Source of the DNA: an uncultured Chloroflexia bacterium
GTDB lineage: Bacteria > Chloroflexota > Limnocylindria > QHBO01
Direction: 5' to 3'
Assembly (NCBI GenBank): GCA_963847375.1
Contig: CAWJZO010000001.1
Span: 1,083,904 to 1,147,903, forward strand
DNA: 64,000 nt
Part shown: one piece after another, positions 8,651 through 17,747 of the stretch
Position numbering within the stretch: position 1 is the stretch's first letter
How the letters are laid out: every line of letters starts with the position of its first letter
Made by a program: the position numbers and the translations under genes
The notes under the pieces: model-generated
Databases searched by the model: none
The model's input: the letters and a program-made list of their open reading frames with translations, nothing else
What the model was told of the DNA's origin: nothing

Positions 8651-10633
8651 ATGGGCACGCCGGTCCGGGACCGACGCCGCTCGACATATGGAGATCGGCA
8701 CATCGTGAGACGTCTGGCCATCCTGCTGGTGACCGTCATGCTCCTGGCGAGCATCGGTATCGCCTTGGCGCTCGCATCCAACGAGACGAGTGGCCCGACG
8801 GCGAATCCATCCTCGGTTGTCCCCTCCTTCTCGCCCGGCCCCCTCGGCGGCCCTGTGGGTGAGGTGCCTGGGGCGCCGGAGTCGTTCGCGTTCGGAGAGG
8901 GCGGCTCGCCCGACCCCGCGGGCACGGGAGCGCAGAGCCGGCTCTGGTTCAATGACGGCAGCTGGTGGGGCGTGTTCCTGACGAGCAGCAGCGCGGATCA
9001 GAGGATCTTCCGGCTCGACGCGGCGTCGCTCACCTGGGTCGACACCGGCGCCGTGGTGGACGATCGACCCTACGCCAAGATCGACGCGCAGTGGGACGGG
9101 GAGCGCCTGCTGGTCGCGAGCGCCGGGGAGGAAGCCGACGAGCGCCACGCGCTTCGGGTGGATCGGTTCAGCTACAACCCGGCCTCGGGCGAATACCGGA
9201 GGAACGCGAACTTCCCGGTGCCGGTGACCGCCGCGGGGGTTACGGGAGCGACGCTGGCACGCGCCGCCGACGGGCGGCTCTGGGTCGCCTATCGCGACGG
9301 CGACCGACTCATCCTGGACCATTCCCTGGAATCCGACCTCTCGTGGCACGGCCCGATCGCGCTCGACGTCGCGACCGGCCCCGTCGACGCGGTCGCGTTG
9401 GCAGCCGTGGGACGGCGCATCGGCCTCGTCTGGACGCTGACGACGGGAGACTCCCTGCATGTTGCCTGGCTCGACCCTGCGCTGGGGACGGACGGGTGGT
9501 CGGCCGCGGCCCCCGTCCCGGTTCCGGGGCTCGAGTTCGGCGAGGACGAGATCGGGATCGCCGTCGATCGCTCGCCCGGTGCCGAACGCCTGTACGTCGG
9601 GCTCAAGACGAACGCTGGCGAGACGGCCGACCGCAGGCGCCTCGCGCCGCAGGTGGTCGTGGCGGAGCTCCGTCCCGGAGAGGATCCGGCGACGTATCTC
9701 GTCGGCCGCGTCGAGGACCAGCACGGGGGGCCGAGCCTTGTCGTCGATGGCGAGGCTCGATTGCTTCATGTCGTCATGGAGGCGCCAGCCGGCGGAGGCA
9801 CGATCTACCGCAAGACCGCCTCGCTGGACCGTCTCGAGTTCGGTGGCGGTCTCGGGCAGGCGCTCATCCCGGCGACCGAGGCGCTGCCTGGTCTCGGGTC
9901 GCCCACGGCGACGAAACAGAGCGTCGACGGGGGCAGCGGGTTGGTCGTCGCCGCGACGGATCGCGGGGTCGATCGATGGGGCTTCGGCTCACTGGGTGTG
10001 GCTCCCGTCACGGCGGAACCGCCACAGGGCCCAGACGACAGGGCCATGCTCGTCAATTACACCTTCAACGGGCTTGCCGTGGGCGATGATCCCCCGGGAT
10101 GGGAGGTCGACGGCGATCCGCTCCCGGCGTTCACGGTCGTGAGCCTCACCGGATCCGACAGCTCAGCCCGTCTGACCGCGACGACAGCCGATGCGAGGAC
10201 GTGCGCGCGATTTGCCGCCGTCGAGGGCGACGTGCTACGGGCGGGCGCGGACGTGCTGTTCAACGAGCCCTCGACAGGTGACATGAAGCTTCTTCAGCTG
10301 CGAGGGCGCGAGGGAGAAGTCGCCTCGATCCGGGTGCGCGAGGGCGAGGTGGTGTATGCGGACGGCGACACCCGAGTGCGGAGCGGGCTCGTTCTTGAGC
10401 CGGGTCGCTGGTACCGTGTTGTGCTGGGGCTCGATCTTGCCGCGCGGACATTCGGCGTCCAGGTCCGCGACGCGGTCGATGATGCGATCCTGTTGGAAGA
10501 TGCCGGCCTCGCCTGGGCGGCGGAGGTCGAGGCTGTCGACCGCGTGTGTGCCGAGCTGTCGCCGCAACCGGGCCTCGAGCTCTATCTCGATGAAGTGAGG
10601 GTTCGGTCGCGGCTGGCGGAGGGTGAGGGCTGA
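8651..10633 (+). CDS. Secreted/membrane-anchored BNR(Asp-box)-like beta-propeller protein, paralog 1, with a C-terminal lectin/LamG-like domain
   Basis: N-terminal signal anchor. Conserved SRLWFNDGSWWGVF...LDAASLTWVDTG...RFSYNPASGEY block shared with the ORFs at 14586 and 24427, plus degenerate Asp-box-like S/TxDxxxW segments. Confidence 0.7.
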   Translation: MGTPVRDRRRSTYGDRHIVRRLAILLVTVMLLASIGIALALASNETSGPTANPSSVVPSFSPGPLGGPVGEVPGAPESFAFGEGGSPDPAGTGAQSRLWFNDGSWWGVFLTSSSADQRIFRLDAASLTWVDTGAVVDDRPYAKIDAQWDGERLLVASAGEEADERHALRVDRFSYNPASGEYRRNANFPVPVTAAGVTGATLARAADGRLWVAYRDGDRLILDHSLESDLSWHGPIALDVATGPVDAVALAAVGRRIGLVWTLTTGDSLHVAWLDPALGTDGWSAAAPVPVPGLEFGEDEIGIAVDRSPGAERLYVGLKTNAGETADRRRLAPQVVVAELRPGEDPATYLVGRVEDQHGGPSLVVDGEARLLHVVMEAPAGGGTIYRKTASLDRLEFGGGLGQALIPATEALPGLGSPTATKQSVDGGSGLVVAATDRGVDRWGFGSLGVAPVTAEPPQGPDDRAMLVNYTFNGLAVGDDPPGWEVDGDPLPAFTVVSLTGSDSSARLTATTADARTCARFAAVEGDVLRAGADVLFNEPSTGDMKLLQLRGREGEVASIRVREGEVVYADGDTRVRSGLVLEPGRWYRVVLGLDLAARTFGVQVRDAVDDAILLEDAGLAWAAEVEAVDRVCAELSPQPGLELYLDEVRVRSRLAEGEG

Positions 10634-11586
10634 TGCGAATACTCGTGACGGGCGCTGCCGGCTTCGTCGGTTCTCACCTCGCGGAGCGGCTCCTCATCGA
10701 CGGCCATGAGGTTGTCGCTCTCGACTGCTTCACCGACTACTACCCACGAGCTGTCAAGGAGCGCAACCTGGCGGGGCTGATGCGTTCGCCGGGCTTTCGG
10801 TTCCACGAGCTCGACTTGCGCACCGACCCACTGGATGCCGCGCTCGAGGGCGTGGACGTCGTGGTCAACCAGGCGGCGATGGCTGGGCTCATGCGGAGCT
10901 GGACCGACTTCGACAGCTACGTCAGCTGCAACCTGATCGGCCTTCAGCGCCTGGTCGACGCCTCCCGTGACGTGCGGCAGTTCGTCCACATCTCGACCTC
11001 GTCGGTGTATGGCACGGATGCCGTCGGCGACGAGGACACTCCGACGAGGCCGACATCTCCGTACGGGGTCACGAAGCTCGCGGCCGAGAAGCTGCTTCTT
11101 GCGCAGGTCGCCGTGCACGGCTTCCCCGCGACGATCCTTCGCTATTTCTCGATCTACGGGCCACGCCAACGTCCGGATATGGCGTACCACATCTTCATCG
11201 AGGCCCTCATGGACGGCCAGCCGATCACGGTCTATGGCGACGGGCTGCAGTCACGCTCGAACACGTTTGTGACCGACGCCGTCGCGGGCACTGTGGCGGC
11301 GATCGACGGAGCGCGCGTCGGAGAGGTCTATAACATCGGCGGCGGCCAGGAGCTGGGGCTGTTGGAGGCCATCGGCATCATCGCCGACGAGCTGGGCGCG
11401 CAACCCACGATCCGCCATGAGCCGGCACGACCCGGCGACCAGCGTCGTACGTGGGCCGACACGTCCCGAGCGCGCGAAGCCTTCAGCTACCGCCCACTCG
11501 TCGAGCCGGCACACGGGCTCGCCGAGCAGGTCCGCTGGCAAGCCGGGTTGAGGTCCCTGGAGCCGGCCAGATCCTCAGGCGCCTGA
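10633..11586 (+). CDS. NAD-dependent nucleotide-sugar epimerase/dehydratase (SDR family)
   Basis: MRILVTGAAGFVGSHLAERL (Rossmann GxxGxxG) and catalytic YxxxK (SPYGVTKLAAE). ATGA overlap with the upstream propeller gene. Confidence 0.85.
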   Translation: MRILVTGAAGFVGSHLAERLLIDGHEVVALDCFTDYYPRAVKERNLAGLMRSPGFRFHELDLRTDPLDAALEGVDVVVNQAAMAGLMRSWTDFDSYVSCNLIGLQRLVDASRDVRQFVHISTSSVYGTDAVGDEDTPTRPTSPYGVTKLAAEKLLLAQVAVHGFPATILRYFSIYGPRQRPDMAYHIFIEALMDGQPITVYGDGLQSRSNTFVTDAVAGTVAAIDGARVGEVYNIGGGQELGLLEAIGIIADELGAQPTIRHEPARPGDQRRTWADTSRAREAFSYRPLVEPAHGLAEQVRWQAGLRSLEPARSSGA

Positions 11587-12195
11587 GCGGCGCGCGACGG
11601 CCATCACGGTCCGCGCGAGAATCCAGATGTCCAGCCGGAACGACATCCGCTCGATGTAATCGATGTCGAGTCGAGCCCGCTCATCGAAGGTCGCCTCGTT
11701 CCGACCGGTCACCTGCCAGAGGCCGGTGAGGCCGGGCATGACCTCGAGGCGCTCGGTGTGCCACAGCTCGTACGTGCTCGCCGCGAACGACGTCGGTCGC
11801 GGGCCGACGAGTGACATCTCCCCACGGACCACGTTGAGGACCTGCGGCAGCTCATCGAGGCTGGTCTTCCGGAGGAATCGACCCACACGGGTCACGCGCG
11901 GATCATCGATGACCTTGAAGTCCGGAGCCGGAACGATGCTCAGGTGCTGGAGGCTCGCCTTCAGCTCCTCGGCGTTCGTCACCATGGTCCGGAACTTGTA
12001 CATCCGGAACCTGCGGCCGTGGCGGCCGGTGCGCTTCTGGGCGAAGAGGATCGGGCCCGGCGAATCGATGCGGATCGCCACCGCGCAGATCGCCAGGGCG
12101 ATGGCGATCAGGGGAAGGAATGCGATGCATGCTGCGAGGTCGAATGCTCGCTTGCCGATCGCGTAGCGAGGCCGGAACGAGAGGACATGCGGCAT
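11575..12195 (-). CDS. Initiating phosphoglycosyl transferase (bacterial sugar transferase, PglC/WbaP C-terminal type)
   Basis: Single N-terminal TM, then the conserved KFRTM...DELPQ...GEMSLVGPRP motifs of the undecaprenyl-phosphate sugar-1-phosphate transferase family. Confidence 0.85.
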   Translation of the reverse strand: MPHVLSFRPRYAIGKRAFDLAACIAFLPLIAIALAICAVAIRIDSPGPILFAQKRTGRHGRRFRMYKFRTMVTNAEELKASLQHLSIVPAPDFKVIDDPRVTRVGRFLRKTSLDELPQVLNVVRGEMSLVGPRPTSFAASTYELWHTERLEVMPGLTGLWQVTGRNEATFDERARLDIDYIERMSFRLDIWILARTVMAVARRSGA

Positions 12196-12198
12196 CGC

Positions 12199-12846
12199 TC
12201 AACCGGTCCTCTCGGAGGACTCTTCTCGCTGGTCCGTCAGGGGTGGCACGAGGCGAACCGGAGCGCGATCGGTGCCGAGCTCTCCGATCGGCCGGAGGTT
12301 GGCCACGAGTGCGCCCGTCGTTGCCCCGCCGCTCGGGAACTCGACGGCCTCGACTCGGTCGAGGGCGGGATCGCCCGGAATGGCGATCCGCAGCCGGCCG
12401 ATAAGCTGCTGCGCCGATTCCAGGCTGGACTCCGGCAGGACGACATAGACGCTACCTTCGATCGACAGCACCTGGTCGATGCTGCGGACCATCAGGGGCA
12501 GTGCTCCGAGGCTGCCGGGCGCCGGTGCCAATCCATCGGCGTTTGTGACGTCGATGCCGGGGAAGCGCATCAGGACGAACGAACGCTCGAAGCGACGCGC
12601 TCGGTCCAGCTCGCGACGGAACGCATCCCATGACCGATGGGACGCGCCAGCCGGCCGCTCCGATCGGCTCGACATCCTCCCCCCGTAGAAGGCGGTCATC
12701 AGACCGCCGAGCATGAGGCCGATGACGCCGAGCATCCCGGCGGTGACCGTCAGGGCTCCGCTCATGCCGGCGTAGTACCCGATGGCGACGCCGACGACGA
12801 CAGCCGAGATACCCAGAGTCAGATTGGACAGCACCGTCCGCTTCAA
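12199..12846 (-). CDS. Membrane-anchored degenerate GGDEF-domain protein (I-site RxxD retained, GG[DE]EF replaced); putative c-di-GMP receptor or regulator
   Basis: Two N-terminal TM helices. The cytoplasmic part, FRRELDRARRFERSFVLMRFPGIDV...RSIDQVLSIEGSVYVVLPESSLESAQQLIGRLRIAI, parallels GGDEF-domain blocks (RARRyg.plsllmiDiD ... RESDxxaRyGGEEFvvllPetdleeA...aerir) but lacks the catalytic GGDEF motif. Confidence 0.55.
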   Translation of the reverse strand: MKRTVLSNLTLGISAVVVGVAIGYYAGMSGALTVTAGMLGVIGLMLGGLMTAFYGGRMSSRSERPAGASHRSWDAFRRELDRARRFERSFVLMRFPGIDVTNADGLAPAPGSLGALPLMVRSIDQVLSIEGSVYVVLPESSLESAQQLIGRLRIAIPGDPALDRVEAVEFPSGGATTGALVANLRPIGELGTDRAPVRLVPPLTDQREESSERTG

Positions 12847-12856
12847 GAGACGACTC

Positions 12857-14281
12857 CTACTCCACCTGGAGCGGCGCGTACGCCTCGATGACGGTAGCCG
12901 TCGAACTGCGCTCGGGCGATGTCTGGCCGATGGGCTCCGTCTCGCCGGTCGCCAGCGCGCCCACCCGAAAGCCTCGCCCGAACGCGGAGTAGTCGAATCC
13001 GAGGGCAGTCATCTGATCCGGGATCAGGGCGCCTCGCCCGTCGACGAGGACCGGGGTCCGCACGGCTGCCCGGACCACGCTCCAGTCGAGGTTGAGGAAT
13101 TCGGGCCACTCGGTGACGAGCCCGATCGCATCCGCACCCTCGACCGCTTCGAGGGCGCTCGACACGACCTCGAGGCCGGGCACCAAGTCGGCCGATCGGA
13201 CCCGCGCCGACTCCATCGGGTCGTAGGCCACGACGGTGGCACCCCCGGCGAGCAGGTGCCGGGCGATGTCGAGCGCCGGAGCGTCGCGCAGGTCGTCCGT
13301 CAGCGGCTTGAACGTCAGGCCCAGTAGCGCCACGCGCTTGCCCTCGAGGGAGCCGCCGGTCAGCTCGCGCACATTCGCGACGAAGTCGGTCCTCTGCCGA
13401 TGGTTGATCTCGTCCACCGCAGACAGGAGAGGCGACGGCACTCCGGCCAACGTGGCCGACTTCACCGTCATCGTCACCTGGTTCGGCAGGCATGACCCGC
13501 CGAACCCGACGCCCGCACGCAGGAACCGGCCTCCGATGCGCGAGTCGAACGCCATTCCCGCGACGACCTGATCGACCTGCGCGCCATACGCGTCGCAGAG
13601 CGCGGCGAGCTCGTTCGCGAAGCTGATCTTCGTTGCCAGGAAGAGGTTGGAGCCGAGCTTGGCGAAGGCGGCGTCGATCGCGGACATCGTCAGCACCGGC
13701 GCGGTGCTCCACTCGTACAGCGCGTTCATCCGCTCCACGCCTCGGCCGTCGGGGTCGTCGATGACACCGAAGATGACTCGCTCGGCCTCGAGGTAGTCGC
13801 GGATGGCGGCGCCTTCGCGTGTGAACTCCGGATTCACGACGGCGGCGATCGGCTCGCGGCCGGCCTGTTCCCGGATCGAGCGCAGGAGTCGCGGAAGCTG
13901 CCGGATGAAGTCCGGCGGCAGTGTCGAGCGCACGGCAAGCACGGCATCGTCCGCCATGTGTGGGACGACTTCGCTCAGGCATGCGAGCATCGTCTCAGTC
14001 TGCCAGCCCCCGTTGCCGTCGTGGGTGCCGACCGCCACGATGACCACGTCGGCACTCGCCGCGGCTTCTCGCCCGGAAGCCGAGAACGCGAGGTGATCGG
14101 ATTCACGCTGGCGGGCGACCATCTCGTGCAGCCCCGGCTCGTAGAACGGGACCGCTCCGTCCTTCAGCGCATCGAGACGAGCCGCATTGACCTCGACCCC
14201 GATCACGTGATGACCGCGTTCCGCGAGGCACGCGGAGGTCACCAATCCTACGTAGCCGAGACCGAATACTCCGACTTGCAT
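12857..14281 (-). CDS. UDP-glucose/GDP-mannose 6-dehydrogenase family protein (nucleotide-sugar dehydrogenase)
   Basis: MQVGVFGLGYVGLVTSACLAERGHHVIGVEV (NAD-binding) and the catalytic region GFGGSCLPNQV (the conserved Cys-containing GGxCxxKD-like block of the family). Confidence 0.85.
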   Translation of the reverse strand: MQVGVFGLGYVGLVTSACLAERGHHVIGVEVNAARLDALKDGAVPFYEPGLHEMVARQRESDHLAFSASGREAAASADVVIVAVGTHDGNGGWQTETMLACLSEVVPHMADDAVLAVRSTLPPDFIRQLPRLLRSIREQAGREPIAAVVNPEFTREGAAIRDYLEAERVIFGVIDDPDGRGVERMNALYEWSTAPVLTMSAIDAAFAKLGSNLFLATKISFANELAALCDAYGAQVDQVVAGMAFDSRIGGRFLRAGVGFGGSCLPNQVTMTVKSATLAGVPSPLLSAVDEINHRQRTDFVANVRELTGGSLEGKRVALLGLTFKPLTDDLRDAPALDIARHLLAGGATVVAYDPMESARVRSADLVPGLEVVSSALEAVEGADAIGLVTEWPEFLNLDWSVVRAAVRTPVLVDGRGALIPDQMTALGFDYSAFGRGFRVGALATGETEPIGQTSPERSSTATVIEAYAPLQVE

Positions 14282-14585
14282 TGGGCAGCAACCCCCGCTT
14301 TCCCTTCTGGGCACGAAGAGTGGTCAGCTCCCCCTGGGTCGAGGGCTTGACCCGGGGCGGAGAGGGGACACTTATTAGACCCGGAAGTACTGGATAGGAC
14401 CCCGAAATATCCGGGGTGAGATGACCTGAGTAATGTACGGGCCGGGACCGGAGTTTACAATCCCTTACTGGCGGCTTATCGCTGGCTTATGTGCACAAAT
14501 CCTTCCAATACAGCACAAACCGTTGCCCGGCGGCACCGACAAACCGTGGGTCGAGGGCGATTCCGGGGGGAAGGACCATCGACCG

Positions 14586-16613
14586 ATGCCCAGAGCCGGG
14601 GTACCATGCGCCGGGTTCATTCGTCCTCATCGGTACCGGGGGGTTCCCTCCTTGTTGCGCATTCGAACGTTCCACCTCAGTCTGGTGGTCGGGCTCCTGT
14701 GGTCGATTCTCGCCATCGGGCCGGCCGTCGCCGCCCCCGGAGATATCGGCCTGGAAGGCCCGTCGTACTCCGGTGCTGCCGCCGAACCAACCGGTGAGAA
14801 GCCCGAGAGCAAGACGTGGTTCGCCGATGGCGTCTGGTGGGGCAGCCTGTGGGACACGGCGAGCTCGCGCTACGAGATCTTTCGCCTGAACGCGGCCGGC
14901 ACGTGGACGTCGACGAACGTGGCGCTCGATGGGCGCGCGAACAGCAGAGCGGACACGCTGTGGGATGGGACGAGACTGTACGTCGCTAGCCACGTGTTCA
15001 GCGAGTCACCGAGCAGCGGGTTCCCCTCGCACCTGTATCGGTTCAGCTACAACCCGTCGACCGACACCTACTCGCTCGACAGCGGGTTCCCGCAGCAGAT
15101 CAACAACGTGCGGTCCGAGTCCCTCGTCATCGACAAGGATTCGACGGGCCGGTTGTGGGCGACGTGGGTCCAGGGCAATAGCGGCAGTCGAACTGTGTTC
15201 GTGAACCGCACACTGGGCGGCGACGTGAGCTGGGGGACGCCGTTCACGCCTGCGGTCTCGGGAACGCAGGTTGCCAATGACGACATCTCGTCGGTGATCG
15301 CCTTCGGCGGCAACAAAATCGGCGTCTTCTGGAGCAACCAGGACGAGGATACGTTCTACTTCGCCTCGCACCAGGACGGGGCGGCCGACACCGCCTGGGG
15401 ATCGGTCTCGACCGTCTTTCCCGGAAGTAGCAACGGGGACGACCATATGAACCTGAAGTCGTTGCACACCGACGGCAGTGGACGCGTCTTCGCCGTCGTG
15501 AAGACGAGCCTCACCGGGCCTTCGACCCCCTCGATCGTTCTGCTCGTTCGCAGTGCGGCCGGGTCATGGCAGTGGCACACGATCTGGACGAAGCAAGTGA
15601 TGCTCACCAGGCCGATCGTCCTTCTCGATACCGAGAATGGGCGGATCCACGCGTTCGCGTCGGACGAGGGCGGTGGCCGGGTCTACACGAAGACGAGCCC
15701 GATCGCCTCGGTCGCGTTCCCGAGCGGGCTCGGGACGACGGTGATGCAGGACGCGTCGCAGAACAACATCAACAACGCCACGTCGACGAAGCAAAACGTC
15801 ACCAGCGCGAGCGGGCTTCTCGTCCTGGCCTCGAACCAGTCCACGAAGCGCTACTGGCACCACTTCGACCCGCTCGGCGGCGGCGGCAGCCCGTCGGGAC
15901 CAACGGCCAGCTTCACCGCCAGTCCGACCGGCGGCACCGCGCCGCTGGAGGTCGACTTCACCGACACGAGCGCCGGCGCACCTACCGCCTGGGCCTGGGA
16001 CTTCACCGATGACGGCGTCGTCGACTCCAATGCCCAGCACCCGAGCCATACCTACACCACCGCCGGCAGCCACACCGCTCGCCTGACGGTGAGCAATGCC
16101 GGCGGGTCCGACGCCACTACCCGCACGATCACCGTCAACCCGGCCGGCGGAGGCGGCGAGCCCATCGCCCCCAGCGATGACACCTACGCCGACTCCGGCG
16201 CGCCGACGGCGATCAAGGGCAACGCGAGGGACCTGCGCGTGCGAAGTGCCTCGAAGCAGCTGCATACCTACCTCAAGTTCACGGTCAGCGGCGCGGGCGC
16301 GGTGGACGGCGCCACCCTGCGGCTGTTCGTGACCGAGTCCAGCGTCGATGGCGGCAGCCTTTACCTCGTGCCCATCAACACGTGGAGCGAGGCCAGTCTC
16401 AACTGGTCGAACAAGCCGGACCCGAGCGGCGGGCCGATCGACACCCTCGGAGCGGTCGCGGCGAACAACTGGGTCGAGCTCGACGTCAGCAGCGTCGTGA
16501 CCGGCGACGGCACCTACAGCTTCGTGCTCATCAACGCCAGCAACGACGTCGCACGCTTCAGCTCCAGCGAGGCCGCCACCGGCGACCCCGAGCTCGTCCT
16601 CAGCGCGCCCTGA
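14586..16613 (+). CDS. Secreted BNR/Asp-box-like beta-propeller protein, paralog 2, with a PKD domain and a C-terminal DNRLRE-like carbohydrate-binding domain
   Basis: A good SD (GGGGGAAGGA) precedes the ATG at 14586, then a long signal peptide. Shared KTWFADGVWWGSLW...RFSYNPSTDTY block. PKD motif ...ASFTASPTGGTAPLEVDFTDTS...WDFTDDG...HTYTTAGSHTARLTVSN.... C-terminus: WSEASLNWSNKP (DNRLRE-like). Confidence 0.75.
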   Translation: MPRAGVPCAGFIRPHRYRGVPSLLRIRTFHLSLVVGLLWSILAIGPAVAAPGDIGLEGPSYSGAAAEPTGEKPESKTWFADGVWWGSLWDTASSRYEIFRLNAAGTWTSTNVALDGRANSRADTLWDGTRLYVASHVFSESPSSGFPSHLYRFSYNPSTDTYSLDSGFPQQINNVRSESLVIDKDSTGRLWATWVQGNSGSRTVFVNRTLGGDVSWGTPFTPAVSGTQVANDDISSVIAFGGNKIGVFWSNQDEDTFYFASHQDGAADTAWGSVSTVFPGSSNGDDHMNLKSLHTDGSGRVFAVVKTSLTGPSTPSIVLLVRSAAGSWQWHTIWTKQVMLTRPIVLLDTENGRIHAFASDEGGGRVYTKTSPIASVAFPSGLGTTVMQDASQNNINNATSTKQNVTSASGLLVLASNQSTKRYWHHFDPLGGGGSPSGPTASFTASPTGGTAPLEVDFTDTSAGAPTAWAWDFTDDGVVDSNAQHPSHTYTTAGSHTARLTVSNAGGSDATTRTITVNPAGGGGEPIAPSDDTYADSGAPTAIKGNARDLRVRSASKQLHTYLKFTVSGAGAVDGATLRLFVTESSVDGGSLYLVPINTWSEASLNWSNKPDPSGGPIDTLGAVAANNWVELDVSSVVTGDGTYSFVLINASNDVARFSSSEAATGDPELVLSAP

Positions 16614-16712
16614 GGCGGCTCGGCGCAAGGCACGCGGCGGCCTTCGGGCTACCATGACCCGCGGCCGTCCCGGCTCGGGCCGGCCGGCAACGTACATCCG
16701 AGCAGAGGGGCG

Positions 16713-17747
16713 ATGATCGACCGCCGTCTGAGGGGAGCGGTGCGCCCGCTCCGCAGGCTCATGAGAGCCGGGACCGACCTCGCCGACTCCAGGTCGACCG
16801 CGGCCATCGCGCTGCAGATCACCGGGAGCATCGGCGCATGGACCGTCGCCTCGGTTCGTCGCGCGCGCAGCGGGACCCGCATCGTGACGCTGCGGGATGC
16901 CAGGGGACCGGCGGCGATCCTCAAGCTGACGGACGTCGGGTCGGCGGCGGCCCAGCTCGATCGTGAGGCCGAGCTTCTCGGCAAGCTGAGGCGCCTCGTC
17001 ACCGATGCCGGCATGCTCGCGCTGATTCCAGAGCCGATTGCCAGCGGCAGTCACGGAGAATGGACGTACATCCTCGAGCGTGCCCTCCCCGGCGTGTCGA
17101 GCACGCGGTCGCTTCGTGATCCCGAGGCCCGCCGTTGGGTCATCGGAGAGGCAACGTCGCTCGCACTCAGCCTCCACGCGCTGACCTCGGCGCACGCGCC
17201 ACTGGCCCCGGAGCGGATGAGCGAGTGGATTGACGAGCCGCTGGCGCTCGTCCGGCGCCTGGCGGCAGGATCGCCGGCGAACGAGCCGATCCTCGAGCGA
17301 ATCCGTCGAGAGCTGCACGCGGCGCTCGGGGACGACGCTGTCACGGTTGCGTTCATTCATGGTGACTTCTGGAGCGAGAACCTGCTGATCGATGTCCACT
17401 CGCGGCGGATCACGGGTCTCGTCGACTGGGACAGCGCTGCACCCGGCGCGCTGCCTGCGCACGATCTGCTGCATTTCGTCCTCTACACCCGTAAGCTCCT
17501 CCGTCGAAGCGAGATCGGCACCGAGATCTGCCGGGCGCTCGGGCCTGACCCGGCTTGGCAGCCGGAAGAGCAGCCCGCCATCGACCGCGTGGCAGCTTCG
17601 GGCAGTGGCGGCGCAGGAGTCCTTCGAGTGCCGGTGCTGCTCTACTGGCTGCGCATCGTCTCCGAGAACTTTGCTCGACAGCCGGACGCGACACGCCGTC
17701 GCAAGTGGGTCTCGGACAACATCGATGCGGTCCTGGCGTGCGTCTGA
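16713..17747 (+). CDS. Aminoglycoside-phosphotransferase-fold kinase (APH/CotS/WaaP-like), second copy in the island
   Basis: Brenner motif FIHGDFWSENLLID and DWD (GLVDWDSAAPG). Confidence 0.75.
   Translation: MIDRRLRGAVRPLRRLMRAGTDLADSRSTAAIALQITGSIGAWTVASVRRARSGTRIVTLRDARGPAAILKLTDVGSAAAQLDREAELLGKLRRLVTDAGMLALIPEPIASGSHGEWTYILERALPGVSSTRSLRDPEARRWVIGEATSLALSLHALTSAHAPLAPERMSEWIDEPLALVRRLAAGSPANEPILERIRRELHAALGDDAVTVAFIHGDFWSENLLIDVHSRRITGLVDWDSAAPGALPAHDLLHFVLYTRKLLRRSEIGTEICRALGPDPAWQPEEQPAIDRVAASGSGGAGVLRVPVLLYWLRIVSENFARQPDATRRRKWVSDNIDAVLACV

Noticed and set aside
15564-17474. 636-aa minus-strand ORF
   Set aside because: It is antisense to the PKD/DNRLRE propeller gene and the APH-kinase gene, both of which have strong domain signatures.
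17555-17737. Upstream extension of the first GT4 gene (the ORF runs from 17555)
   Set aside because: It would overlap the APH gene by 190 nt. The GTG at 17738 overlaps the APH stop in the typical coupled fashion.
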